Below the pieces are notes generated by a model. The model was not told the origin of the DNA and made no database searches. It saw only the letters and a program-made list of their open reading frames with translations. A stretch of 64,000 nucleotides of DNA. Source: Carcharhinus longimanus. Taxonomy: Eukaryota. The DNA lies in the NCBI GenBank assembly GCA_030264375.1, contig JASCQW010000032.1, positions 40,453,032-40,517,031 on the forward strand, read 5' to 3'. This document shows positions 39,912 through 52,740 of this stretch, one piece after another; the first letter of the stretch is position 1, and every line of letters begins with the position of its first letter. Both the position numbers and the translations under genes were made by a program.

Positions 39912-39923
39912 AGTTCAAGGTCA
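39912..39923 (+). promoter_or_regulatory. Perfect DR0 nuclear-receptor element (NR6A1/GCNF-type)
   Basis: AGTTCAAGGTCA. Confidence 0.55.
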
Positions 39924-40660
39924 ATGTCGAATGGGGATCAAATCGCCATGTTGTTTCAAAGATATGTTGTTAAACTTCGTTTTAGTGCAAAATGTGCTTT
40001 CAAATGAAAAATCACCTCAGGTAGAAACTGAGCACCCTACCAGGAAAAAAAATGAGGTTTTCATTAGAACTATTGTAACCAAGGAAGCGACTGGGAAGAA
40101 GAATCCACACTTTCCAGCTACCAGGACAAACACTGCTTTATTGTTCATGATGTTTTCTCAAAGCTCTCATTCCAAAACCATCGTCATTTCAATACAGTTT
40201 GTGAGTATCTGTGGTAACTGAGATAAGAATATGCTGAAGAAAACCACAATCGCACAATTTCTGTGTTATGTATTTCACAGAAACTAGGAGCAAGGCTAAT
40301 TCACCTACATTCTTTTGTTTACAATATAACATCAAAGCCGGGCTGGTGCTTTGTCATCCGGGATGTGAACGCCAAACTGGCCAACATGTAAAAAATACAA
40401 CTTGTTGCGCAAGCTCGGGAAGGTACACTAAATTTAATGGATGCAAAATGTTAAACCCCAGATAATTAACAAAATTGAACACCCGGTATTTGCAAACTTT
40501 ACGTAGCTGGAGTTGAAATACTTACTTTCAGCGCGCTTTTCTTGAAAAACACGCAATGCTGCAACCTAAGTCGCTAATGCAGCCTTTCAATTAAGATCTT
40601 GAAAGAAACAAATGTTGGCCTAATTAGTACTTCTGACACTGGTTTGCAGCGTAAAGTACG

Positions 40661-40679
40661 AACGACCATCTTGTGGCCC
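40661..40679 (-). promoter_or_regulatory. Candidate CTCF site facing the anterior (3') side of the cluster
   Basis: Minus strand GGGCCACAAGATGGTCGTT; a partial match to the core consensus. Confidence 0.45.
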
Positions 40680-40728
40680 GCGTTTCAGTGGCACTAACGA
40701 TTATGTTGCATCGTGTTTTACGGCGGAT

Positions 40729-40747
40729 TGTCCAGTAGATGGCGAAC
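40729..40747 (+). promoter_or_regulatory. CTCF site facing Evx2
   Basis: TGTCCAGTAGATGGCGAAC is an exact match to core CCASYAGRKGGCR. Confidence 0.7.
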
Positions 40748-40792
40748 TGGCTCTGCGATCAGGGTAGTCCTTATTATTCATGATGCTAAATA

Positions 40793-40829
40793 AAGTCAAG
40801 GTCAAAGACCATAACGATAGTCAAGGTCA
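40793..40829 (+). promoter_or_regulatory. Tandem DR0-like elements
   Basis: AAGTCAAGGTCAA at 40793 and TAGTCAAGGTCAA at 40818, 25 bp apart. Confidence 0.55.
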
Positions 40830-43393
40830 ATGGTAAATAGAAATTTGACGTCAGATCGCTGAACATCCTTCAAAAAATGCATCTTGAAATCACGGAATTC
40901 CGCCAAATTCAAGGAGAGAAAATCAGGCAATCTGCATGCACATGCTAAATATGACAGAATACGAAGTTTTATTTAACTTAATAAACCACGAGGCGTTTCA
41001 ATTTCCTTCTGAAGTTGACGAAGAGAACCTATCCCGATGCACAGGAATATGGTTAGAAAGTGTTAGCAGATGGTAAATATAGATGCTGGGGTCAGGAGAA
41101 TTATCACCTACTAAGGTCACGCTCATATAAATGCCGCCAATCGCACTTAGCTTAATTCTAAACTTCATCACTTAATATTTCTATTTTAAACAGGGAGGCT
41201 GATGGCTCTCCTCACTTGCTTATCCCGACATCAATTTTCCTTCAAAAGGCTACATTCACTCTCTTACGAATGTATTATTCACATCATCATGTTTTGCTTT
41301 AATTTACACAGCGAGGCCGACAGGCATGATATAACCGGTGTTAAAACATCTGCGCCGAGATTACAAGGCTGCTCGCTAAATGATTAATTTTAAACTTAAG
41401 ATTTAAAATAAGCATTAGTTCAATTAGTTACACGTTCAATTGCGTTTAAGAATCAAATAATATGTTTGAAATCACACATTTTGCCGTAACTCTTTTCAAA
41501 GTTGTTAGCTCGGATAACTAACTGCCACACGGTTTATTTACCTAATAATCCTTCATGGGAAACCTTACAAATTATTGGGACTGTTATCTGAAATGAGTAC
41601 AACCCCCATCTTGAATTAACCGCTACATAGGCAATGAGCTAATGGCGTGCGATCTGGTATTTTCTTTAGCCACCAGATTCTAGTGGCTAAGACCATATTT
41701 AAAATGGAACTCGCCGCACGACCCATTTTCTGCTTTCAATTTGGCCCTACTCGTAAGTTGTTTCAAAGCGCAACAAGCAGGAAACAGCACATGTTTCAAA
41801 TATTTTAATTTTATATTTACAAGATGCGCAGCAAGTGAATACTGGGGAAAAAAGTCAACATAAGGTATTATTATTATAAAGTGGTGAATTTCAACACACT
41901 TATGTTCAGCTCTTATGTTTTGTTAATACAGTAATCCCTATGTATGCTTAAGTCGTTTAGAAGTTTGTGTCCCCCAATCCCCGCCAAAATGCCGCTGTAC
42001 AATGTAACTTGGTGACTTATGAAGATGTGTAAATGCGAGAATGCGAATATTGCTGAATTTAATATAAATATGGCGAGGTGACAAAACCAAAGACGTTGGA
42101 TTCATTTACAGGAAAGATAAAACTTGAAGACAATCAAAGTGTGATTTGTTTTAATATTGTACACGGCATAATCAAAGAAAACCATGCGAGTTCATATTTA
42201 ACTCATCTTGGGTAAAGAAAATGATGGACAAAATGAACAAATGCTTGCGTTAAAAATGTACATAAAACATAGAAATAACGCCGAACGTATCCGCTAATTT
42301 ACTCGTATAGTTATCATGATTACAATAATGAAGTAATTTAACTATAGAGCGCAACAAGTTACTAATTAGAAAACAGCTGTAAAAGGCACCGCATTCAAAA
42401 CGACCAAGGGGCTTTCAAATATATTAGCGTTTCTTTTGAAAATAAGAGTTAAAGGGACAAAAGATTCAAAATTCAGAAACATAGATTTTCATACTTTAAC
42501 GCATAACTTTTAAGGACATTTTAGATTCGACGAGCATTTCACTTGAGACTGAATTTAAGTTTAATGTTTACATTTACTGAGGACAACATAGAACATTCTG
42601 CAGTGAATAAAAGGAAGGTCCTTTCAGTATCTAGGCTAAATAATTTATTATGAAAATGATTGTAAATTCGCTGCCGATTAATATGATAGAACATCTTATG
42701 AGATTGTACCGCAGTTGATCCGTAACTATCCCACTTATATTTAATTTCTAACTGGCACTGATTTAAAATGGTATTTTTGCAATATATTTTCAATCATTTA
42801 CAAGAGAATGGATTTTGTTGCTAGTATATATGATTAGCATTTGAACCCACTCGCAATGTAGCCATTGTACCTCTTGCAAAGTATGGCTGAAAACTTATAT
42901 GTTAAATAAGGATGGCTTTGCATTAAGAAAATTATAAATACGTTCCATTTAATGTCAACGTTTGTGTTTGAACGTGTTATCAGTTGTAGTCGCCATTTTA
43001 TCTGTATATTGCAAACCCTCCAGTAGCTCAACTGAACCCTCGAAACATTTACTTAAAACTGAACGAAGCATTACTCTGCAGCAGTATTTGTAATGTCACT
43101 CGTGAAAATAATCCAGCACGGTAACATAATACAAGGGTGTGAACGTGGAGCTGTTCACCCTTTTAAGATTGCCTTGTTTCTTTGAAGGTGGTAAATGAAG
43201 TCAGATCAAGTATCTTTTTTTAAGCACAGATTCGCACAAAACATTTTGTGGAAATTGTCAGTTTAAGATTTTTTTTGTAAATCCGAAGATGTGTCTTCAA
43301 CGCCTCCCACATTCATTTGGTTCCCTTTGCTAACAGGAAAACCATCACATGTAATTTACAATGGGCCAATACTGGCTACTGATCTCTGCCGTA

Positions 43394-43644
43394 TCAAGGT
43401 ATATTTTCTTTGACTTTGGAAACCACTTTCTTCTCTTTGACTCTCCTGTTCTGAAACCAGATGGTAACTTGTCTCTCGGTCAGGTTGGTGGCTGTTGATA
43501 TCCTGCGTCGTTTTTCCTTGGTTATGAATTTGTTTGTGGCGTACTCTCGCTCCAGTTCTTTGAGCTGGGTTTTCGTGTAAGGGACCCTTTTTTTCCTCCC
43601 TCGCCTGTAAATGTTTATATCAGTCTGATTGTGCATCATGTCTC
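43394..43644 (-). CDS. hoxd13: HoxD13 exon 2 (homeobox)
   Basis: Acceptor CCCTCTCAG|GA. Encodes (G)[82 protein letters not shown]. Confidence 0.96.
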
Positions 43645-43987
43645 CTGAGAGGGAAAATACAAGTTAGAAAAACATTTAACTTCAAAGCAGTAGCACTTCA
43701 AAGAATGTTATATAAAAAAAGAATATTTCTATCCCAAATTTTTGAGTTTTGAAACGTACTTTGAGTAACTCAGAGATATTTAGTCATATGGCCAATCCCA
43801 TATCCCAGCGCATTAATTCACACATATGGTTATTCTGTGTTCCAGGTGTTACTAGTCCAAAACACATTAATTGTTAAAAACTAGCGAATTCCTGGCAATA
43901 TTAAAAACCAAACCAATTGGAATTATGTTATTTCCTTTGAATTTAAAATAATTGTAATTTTTATCAGTGAAACTTATTTCATAATAC

Positions 43988-44675
43988 CTGAGAGAGGAGA
44001 TTTCCAAAAATGTGGAGTCTGTGTCTGATCTTTAGGACAATACACTTGACCGTTCCAGCCATTAGCAAATGACCAGGGCTGATAGCCCTCCATGGAAATT
44101 AAGGCTTCATGCCTTGGCTCTCCGTGGCCGCTTATTGTGGGGACAACTGGAACGTCCAAATAACCAGAGACCCGTTGGTATGGATTGGGGTAGCTCTGAT
44201 AAAATGCAAATTCTTTTGCCCTGGATGACACCTCGTCAGTGGGGACAGGGGTATTAGTCAAACCCGAAACGTCCATGTATTTGTCCACTGGATAACCGGC
44301 TAGAGATGCATGCGCACCAGATTTCAGTCCAGTTTGCTGAATGCCAACATTACGACAACTGTAATAGCTGCTTCCAAAATGATAGCCGTAACTGATCGCT
44401 GGGTTTGGAGGGCTTGTCGGAGCTGGGCATGGGCTGCATTGCTTAGCAGATTCAGAAATGACAGAATGCGTTCGATCTCCGACTGAATAAGCGGGACCCG
44501 AAGATAACGAGTTGTGATGAGCTCCAAATGCAGAGGGAGACAAAAAATTCCTGCATTGATTTGAAGGGACGTTCCCTCCCAGTCCTTCCATGTCCGAGTT
44601 AGCTGTGTTGTTTCTGTTGTGTAGGTACCTGATTGTATCAGTCCTCCAAGGGGCTGAAAGAAAAGAAGCTGTCAT
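43988..44675 (-). CDS. hoxd13: HoxD13 exon 1
   Basis: Hox13 motifs [38 protein letters not shown] and MEGYQPW...[12 protein letters not shown]. Donor G|GTATTA at 43987. Start is either ATG 44675 (MTASF, 312 aa) or ATG 44591 (MEGL, 284 aa). Confidence 0.93.
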
Positions 44676-44704
44676 ATCACGACCCACTGCAAACTAAGTA
44701 CTGC

Positions 44705-44804
44705 TTTATAGAAGCAGCCCCGGGAGTGAGAAGAGGTGCTTATTTTCACTGATTAGAGTGTGCACTGGCCGAGTGAAACCTGATAGGTCGATTCTGCCCA
44801 CGTG
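44705..44804 (-). promoter_or_regulatory. HoxD13 promoter: TATA box and E-box
   Basis: CTATAAAG (TATAAA 44710-44705) and GTCACGTGG (CACGTG 44799-44804). Confidence 0.55.
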
Positions 44805-47800
44805 ACACACAGCAACTGGAGCTGGCTTCAGCAGTTATTGCAATCTCTTCCCGATGTTAAAACCATTTAATTTTTCCTGAATTAATTCACTGTAATTGAC
44901 TACTTGATCTGTTGTGCATTGGAAAGAGAAAACGTGAAGGTGCTTTCTAAGGTTCCATTCTTACGGTGTTCGCTGAGATTTATTATTGATACCTTGCATG
45001 ATGTACACTTTGCAGGATCTGCAAATTATACGTACAGCATACATGAGATATTCTTTGAGTCGATTTTCTATTCGGCATTCTTCTATTTCAAACAAAGTTT
45101 GGGATACCTTTTGCGAAATAACAATTTCAAACTGGCACTGAATCATATCTTTTTATCAATGCACAGTGGTGACAATTATTTGCATTTTCGGCTATGATAA
45201 CGAAGACACTCGGCAATGACCTGCTTAGCATCAACATGTGTTGTTCAAGATAGTCTATAAATTTTCCAGATATAAATCCACGCTGTATGCATGATTCTGC
45301 ATACAAATGTGAAATGGATTGCAAAAATCGTCCATTTTTTTCTCACCAACTCTAAGACGCTCCCATAGCATTCATTTCCGCTCAAATCCTACATATACTA
45401 AATCTTCAAAAACCCGAGGGGAAATTAATCGTGTCGATATTTACTTTTCGCTCTGATATTCGATCTGTAAAAAAAATTACTTCCCTTAAATTCGGCTTCC
45501 TTAAGTCGGAGGTATGGAGATTGCGAATGTCTGATATTTAATTTTGATGTACATGCGATATCCTCTATTTTGCATTATCCCATCGCCCTTTTGCACCACG
45601 TCATTTTCACATTTTGGGATTAGTTTGTATTTTACATCCAATTCGCCAAATGACTCCAAATGGTCAACTATCGAAACATATTTGTAGCAAAAAAATAAAG
45701 ATATGATATCGGGGGAGGCCGCGGTCTCTCAACTAAGGAAGCGCCGCATTTTTTTTCTGCAGGCCTTGTTTTGGTTGTCTGAAATCTGTAAATTTGGACT
45801 TTGTGGGAAAGTTCCCGTGTATGATTGAATTCTCCCCATTGATATCAAAAACCGTAGGAGATGAACATAAATATTCAGCAATATAACTGTGCTACTGGAA
45901 CTAGGACTTGTTCTGATTCCATTTTAACAATAAGATGAGATGTAGAAAAATATTTACATTTTCCACCAAAACGCATTTCCAATACATACATTCCCAAAGT
46001 TGCGAAATCACGTTTTTGACACAAATCAAATGATACTTTTGCAGCCTACCTTAGGATAAACGGCTCATTATGTGCGGCATAAATATTGCCTTGTGTGTGT
46101 GATTAATTAAAAACGAAGAAATCCCATTCTCGGAAGATATTTGATGAAATTATGTATTGCAGATATTATGTATTAGATATTATAACAAAAGTCTCAGGGA
46201 CATTTTACAAATGTTGAACGGAAAATAGGAAGAATTTGGCTAACTGTGACTTGGCTTTCAATAGGTAATGTTACGGAAAACTGAGCGTTCATCTTACTCG
46301 TCCACTGCACATAGTTCCACATTTTCCTCCAGCCTGCAGAGCGGGTCATTTCCATGACGAAGTGAACATTTCAAATAAAAGATCAGAATGCTTCGACAAA
46401 GAGTAATTGAAAAACTCCAAACAATTAGTCAACGGGATTCTGGGCACCAGCAAAATAAGAATTACGGCATTTTCAAAGGAAGCTTTTTAAAATCTTGTCT
46501 TAATTCTTCCCCTCAGCCCCCTAATATCATAGAGGGGACATGTGCCGTTATTTCACAGAGAAAGCAGATTCTATCTACAAGCGTCCGTGAGGTGGAGAAA
46601 TTAATGAGCCCATTTCTTTGCACTTAATTACATTCATCCATTCCTGCGAATCCATTGCTTTATTTTCTTTGAAAAGATATTCTGCACTGACTTGATGCGC
46701 TTCGTTTATATTTAGTGAAATCGTTCCCACAGCCTTTAAAAAAAGACGAAGAAAAAGAATTTGCAATCAGCAAAGTCAATGCTGATCCTTCCTATTTGAG
46801 TATCTAATTTGAATAGGTGCAGCGTCTTTATTTAAGAGCATGCGGGTCGTGTCTTTCGTCAGAAAACGAAAACAAATAGCAAGTGAGCGGTTCCCATTTT
46901 CAGTGAGAGAAAGAAGAAACGTGCCAGCGACTTATTTCGGATGGCTACTTTTATTTAGAATTCCGGCCAAAGCGCAGGATCGGATTTAAAAGTATGTCGC
47001 TGTCTCAAGTTGGTCGCATCAATGGCATTGTAGACAAAGGGGTTCTTGCCGGAAGTAGATGAAGTCCAAGGTCAAGGTGGAGAGAGAGGGAGGGGGCGAG
47101 GGAGAGGAGAAGAAGGATGGTAAACAGCGGTTTAAAGAACTCAACAGCTCCGTTGGATTCATGTGAACATTTCAAAAGATTGAAGTTAGCTGTGAATTAT
47201 AACATAGCTTTGCAAAATTGTGTGCTCTTGCTAAACCATGTCAGGTTAGTAATACCTGTGGTGCCATATAAAGTTAAACACTAATTTACGTATAGGAATG
47301 TGTGTTAACTTTCTGATTCAGAACCATTTGGTAAATAAGGCACGAGAAAATGGAACCAGATTCAACAGGAGGCTAATGGCGAAGGCCCGCTACCAATTTT
47401 CGACCCAAGCTAGGGATGGGCAGTAGATGTGACCTTGCCGTCTTCGCTTGTATCCCAGAACAAAACAGAAGGAGGGAGCCAGTTGTTGTAAATATTAACA
47501 ATCCCGCATGTTGTCGACAAAGGGTGACAGTAAATGTTGCTGTTTGAATGTTGCTTATTCTCAATGTTATTTACTATAATGTGCTGATTTCATTCATTTC
47601 ACAGAATTGCAACTTCAAGACATTTCCATTTTTAAAGCATTTATTGGAACGTTATGTTGCTTCCGAGCCATCCTCTACCACCCCCATCCCGCCCCCCATT
47701 CCCGGCGAAGTTCAACATCAACTTTCCACTGTCGCTTTGTGAATTCTGTGGACAGCTGTGACTGGGGAATCTTCCTCCGAAATATAAAACGTCCTTTATT

Positions 47801-50164
47801 CTTCTTTGATCATTAAAATTGATATTCTTTCCCTTGTTGCGATTTACTTGACCTATTCAAAACGGTACTTGCGTTATTGAAAATAGCATTTATTGTTTAA
47901 TATATTTGTAAGGTGTTATTTTGAATGATCTTTGGCTNNNNNNNNNNATAACAAAAAATAAAATTTCTGGTTTAAACTCGAAACTGATTATATGGATAAT
48001 TCTTTTTTATACCTTGCCATTTTAAAAATAATTGTCAACAATCGCTATGAATTATTAGTGACTATTTTCTTTTACACAACCTGTTACATATTTTTCTAAT
48101 TATAACTTTTATAAAACAAGCTTTTCTAAATCCTAACCACTGTTGGATTATTTGCACCCTGAATTCGTGGAGCAGGGGACCACACAATATAGTCCGTGCA
48201 AAATTACTCCCTGAAACTTGAGCTGCAAGCATGTTAAATTTGGAATTCATAATGCGGAAGTATGTACTTAAAGGGATTTTCTTTAAAATTAGTTAACGAT
48301 AATAGATAGTTTTAAAAAGTTGATAATTTATATATTCAGCGAGCAATATTTATTAACGTGAGACAGACTATGTTATAGGTCATATGAGTCCCGTTTGAAA
48401 GCACAATATCGTAAACATGTCTTTTTAGTCAAACATAATGGTTGATATTAATACATGAATGAAACCAGATTACACGCCACAAAATGTTCACCATATTTTT
48501 TCTTCCCAACTGGAAAATAAGTATGATATGTCCCTAGCTGTCACAATTCCATCCATATTACTTACCATACGTTTTTGAAATTAAATCGTAAACAGTTGCT
48601 AAAACTAGATCCAAATTTGCTTGAGATGTTTCAGACATACAGAAAAATTATCCTTGCAGTTAAAATGCATCTATATAAAATGGGTTTAGTCTGTCACCAG
48701 TAATTAGGGTGACGAAATATATTTTTAATCTGACATTGCTCGCAACCAATTAATCATTTGATGTTGTGAAAGTCTCCTCCCTCGCCTTTTGCACGTATGT
48801 TTCAGTTGAACCTACAAAAATAATTTATTGCATTATAAATACATTGCAGCAAACGGTCATCACACGGTCTAGGCATCTTAGAGTGAACTCATTATAAATA
48901 TTTCAACAGTTTTGAAGTTCTGCGTACCTGAAGACAATATGATCATATTTAGAAATAAAGTATTTGCTTCATTCAAAAGCAGTTGTTATGTGTTATTGAA
49001 ATAGTGTCACGTTCCTTTGAGCGATAAATATAACTGAATGCGTCTTATTGTTTGCTGGATTGACAGTACACGGAGCAACAAGTTTGTGTAAAACTTTGTC
49101 AGATAAAAACTATTGCATTTTGAAAGAAAATGGTAGTTTCTGAAGCCAGATCTTCTGTAAGTGTACCACAGAATCTATCTGGGGGCTGATAGACGTTCAT
49201 TTTCCCTTGGACTATATATTCTATACGAAATGACTTTAACTGTAGCAGCCCAAACCGGCACCCAAAATGAATTTCACTGGCAAGGCACAGAATCTATCAA
49301 TGAGCGGGAAAACAGTATGATGATAGGGTGTCTGGAATTCAAATACAGTCCCGATGACACAATCTATGCCTCTGCCAGCGAATTAGAGTGGCATTGACGT
49401 AAATGTGCTTCCACAGTACATTCAAAAGAATTTCAGAATTTTTTCAAGCAGAAATCCCAGCCTGGACAGTGATGTTAAAGGAAGTGTTGAAGATATACTC
49501 ACCCCAGTGTCTTGTTTTACTCTAGATTGATACAGAAAATAAATCAATTCGACAGCTTGGTTTATAAAGTTTACCAGCGCCAATTTCAGTTGTTCGGACC
49601 GCATGCCATTCTCGTGCTCCTGACTATTTATACATTTCTCTGATGCACAAACAAATTGAACAATATGTTATAGACTCGTGTGTCTGTTAAATCTTTCACT
49701 GCTGAAATTGCTATTTCCCCACGATTTGCAATGGTCTTGAATACAATTTGACGCAATTCACTTCTCAACAAGTCTATGACACAGCAAAAGTCGACAACAA
49801 GTGAAACGTTATTGAAGGGCAGTTGAAAAAAAAAACGAACAGGGGATGGAGACCTAACTAAACCCTGGTTTTAAAGTGACAAATTTTAAATTCCCTTTTC
49901 CTCATTTGGAAACAAAAGATGTAAACCTGTCACGCTGCAGTTATCATTTCCCACCAATGATGGCGCTACTTGTCTACCCAGCGGGAGGCTCTGATTCCAA
50001 GTTGGTAAGTTTGCATTGGCAGTTTCTATTATAAAGGTAGACACAAGGGTTGCAATGGGAACGTTGAAAGGAAGCAAACATAGTCGTAAGGTTTTGAATC
50101 TGCAGCCATTAACTGTTATTCCGCCAGTATCTGTCTGTAAGGAGATTTAGACAGCAATTATTAT

Positions 50165-50460
50165 GTATTTTCCCCATGGCAGAATTGTCTTAAGACCAAA
50201 GGGCAAAGGTTTAACCTGAGGAGTAGGTACTTTCAGGGGATCTGAAGGGGAAACAATCATCGAGAGGGCGATGGAAATATGGAACACTCTGCCTGGGAGA
50301 GTGGTGGAGAAAGTACTCTCGCAACATTTAAGTTGCATCTGGAGGAGCACTTAAATTGCAAGTGCTGGTAAATGGGATTAGTACAGATTGGTATTTGATG
50401 GTCGGTATGTAAATGGTCGGCCGAAGAGTCTGTTTCTCTGCTGTAAGACTCTACGGTTAT
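50165..50460 (+). mobile_element. 5'-truncated CR1-type LINE (ORF2 C-terminus + 3' tail), decayed
   Basis: Frameshifted translation KTKGQRFNLRSRYF..., RAMEIWNTLPGRVVE / TLATFKLHLEEHL matches the CR1 ORF2 C-terminal pattern. Tail GGCCGAAGAGTCTGTTTCTCTGCTGTAAGACTCTA is typical of shark CR1/HE1 3' ends. Confidence 0.85.
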
Positions 50461-51332
50461 TATGCTGATTATATTCCATAGCTACTTGAAGAATGTAAGG
50501 CTTAAAGATTTCTGTTTCATTGCGGGTTCTACAAAGGATTATAATGAGGTAGACATTAAACAAGAAAGCCATGGCTCTGTTTGAACAAAGCAAGTCATTC
50601 TCTTGCTGTTGTGGCATTGTTCAACCAATATCACCGAATGCAGATTAGCTAGTCATTCATTCGTCTGCCTCTTGTAGGACATTGCTGTTCCCAAATTAGC
50701 TGAAATTTCCCTAGATAAAAATAATTCTATTTCAAACCATTTTTCATTTTCCGTGGAGAATAATTTTGAAAATGACAAAATTCAGGGTTTTCAGAAGAAA
50801 TGTGACACTTAACAGCCTTTTTAAATATTCAGTCAGGAGCTTGAAAACTGAAATATCTGAGAAATAATTGATTCGACTGACTAATTGTAAATCACTAATT
50901 ACAATAATTTTATTCCAATTATTATGAGGCTTGCTATACCTTTAAAACATTTCTTTGGACATGTACAATTGATATCAGAGTGTGGCTTTTGAAATTCAAA
51001 TCAGACTTTTGGTCAAATTACGAGTTAAGAAATTATGACAGACAATCGCTCAAAATATATTTCTTCCTTGCAACTTCTCTAATCATTGGGTAATCGCTAT
51101 TCAGGCACGTGACGGCAGCATGACTTTATTCCCTCTATTGGGATAATGTAGTGGGCTGCTTCAGATTTTTTTTGTCACCTGTGACTTTTGCTTTCAGTTA
51201 TTTACATTGAAGATGTACCAGAGACGGGTCTTGGGTTTATGCTTTCTGGTTTGAAAAACACACATCTGGTATACGCCCTTTGCAATTAAACAATATGGCC
51301 ACCACAGCAGAAAATGGACTGATGGGCAATCA

Positions 51333-51367
51333 ATACAATCCCTCCAGTGCAGAAACAGGCCTTTTGG
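51333..51367 (-). mobile_element. Short CR1/SINE 3'-tail remnant
   Basis: ATACAATCCCTCCAGTGCAGAAACAGGCCTTTTGG resembles the reverse complement of the tail at 50420-50455. Confidence 0.4.
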
Positions 51368-51784
51368 AAGTATTTTCCTTTCCTCCTGACGTTTTTATTC
51401 CAAGCCCAGCTCTGAAGCAACTATAAATATATTGTCATTTACACAAGTAAATAAATGGGCGGATAAATATGCTGGGACGATTGGGAACAAATCAGAAATA
51501 AGCAGATATTACACTCAGAATATATCCTGAAATATCAGTACATTGCACTTGGACAGCATGGATCGGTTTGGCTGACCGATGTTCCGGTTACCTCTACAAT
51601 TAAACAAAGCACTCTGTTCCATTATAGCTCACTGTTGTATTAAACAAATGTATTTATTCTTTTGAGCTCAATAATCCATAGCAAAATACTCCGCTTCCGT
51701 AACCACCGCAATGAAACATCATTTCAATTGTTCTATTTCTTTCCGAAAACCGATCTGCGGTTATCGGCAAATCAGCAGGAAAAA

Positions 51785-51880
51785 TGTATAACTTCTAAGC
51801 TGTTTACATTTTAATTTTTATAACTTTTAGACTGTATAACTTTTAAACTGTGAACCTTCCAACTGTACAGCTTTTAAAAC
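51785..51880. repeat. Degenerate 16-bp minisatellite, about 6 copies
   Basis: tgtataacttctaagc/tgtttacattttaatt/tttataacttttagac/tgtataacttttaaac/tgtgaaccttccaac/tgtacagcttttaaaac. Confidence 0.75.
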
Positions 51881-52650
51881 TGCATCTAAAAGGAGAATAG
51901 CAAATGCATTATGAACCATTGAGGAAATGGTCTAGACAGACTGAAATCCGTTCTATTTCATAAGCTAAATGTTGCCATGAATGTTAATATTTTTTACATC
52001 AATACATTGCTGCCTTTAACTAACCAGTGCTGGTCCATTCCCATTGAATCCCAGCTATGTGCTTTGATTGAAGCCTCTAAATTAATACATTTTTGAAGCA
52101 GAAGATAAGAAGATCTTGTTTTAAAGCAATTTTGAATTCAATGTTACTGGAGGAAGGCCTTCATGAGGTTGAGAAATTTATTCGAATATAACACGCAATT
52201 ACTTTGTACGATTATATGCATTCCAAATCATTCCAAATTTGAACAACATTGTTTATTATCCAAGAAACAATCTCCCTGGCAATCAAGATCATTGTTATCA
52301 TCATTTAAGCATTAAAGGTAGCCTTTAGAAAAGCGTTCATATTATATAATGAATGATAGTCATTATTTTAGAACACTAAGCTGCGAATTTTCTTTAAGAA
52401 TCGAATTTGGCTCAAAGTGTAAATATTTCTTGTTCGTCACCTTTAGTACTGTTTCGCACAGAAAATTCACACCAATGTAACATAAAACTTTTCGCTCTTG
52501 TGCATCTCTAAACGAAAAACATTGAAAGAAAAAACGCCTAATAATGGACGTGAATGGATATTTGAAGAGAGGTGACTTTGCCGTTACACATCTGAATATA
52601 CGTTTCTCTAACTCATAAAGCCAGTCTTCCTTTGAGAAAAGGTTCGGGTT

Positions 52651-52740
52651 TCACAGTCCGGGATAACCTGACTTTACCGATTGTTGTACGCGGAGAAGCT
52701 TTTTCTCTTTTTGCCTCTGATTCTGAAACCATATTTTGAC
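52651..52740 (-). CDS. hoxd14: HoxD14 exon 3 (homeodomain helix 3 and C-terminus)
   Basis: Acceptor GTCTTTCAG|GTC. Encodes VKIWFQNQRQKEKKLLRVQQSVKSGYPGL*; WFQNQR is the vertebrate Hox14 signature. Too short for the ORF track. Confidence 0.93.
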   Translation of the reverse strand, partial: VKIWFQNQRQKEKKLLRVQQSVKSGYPGL

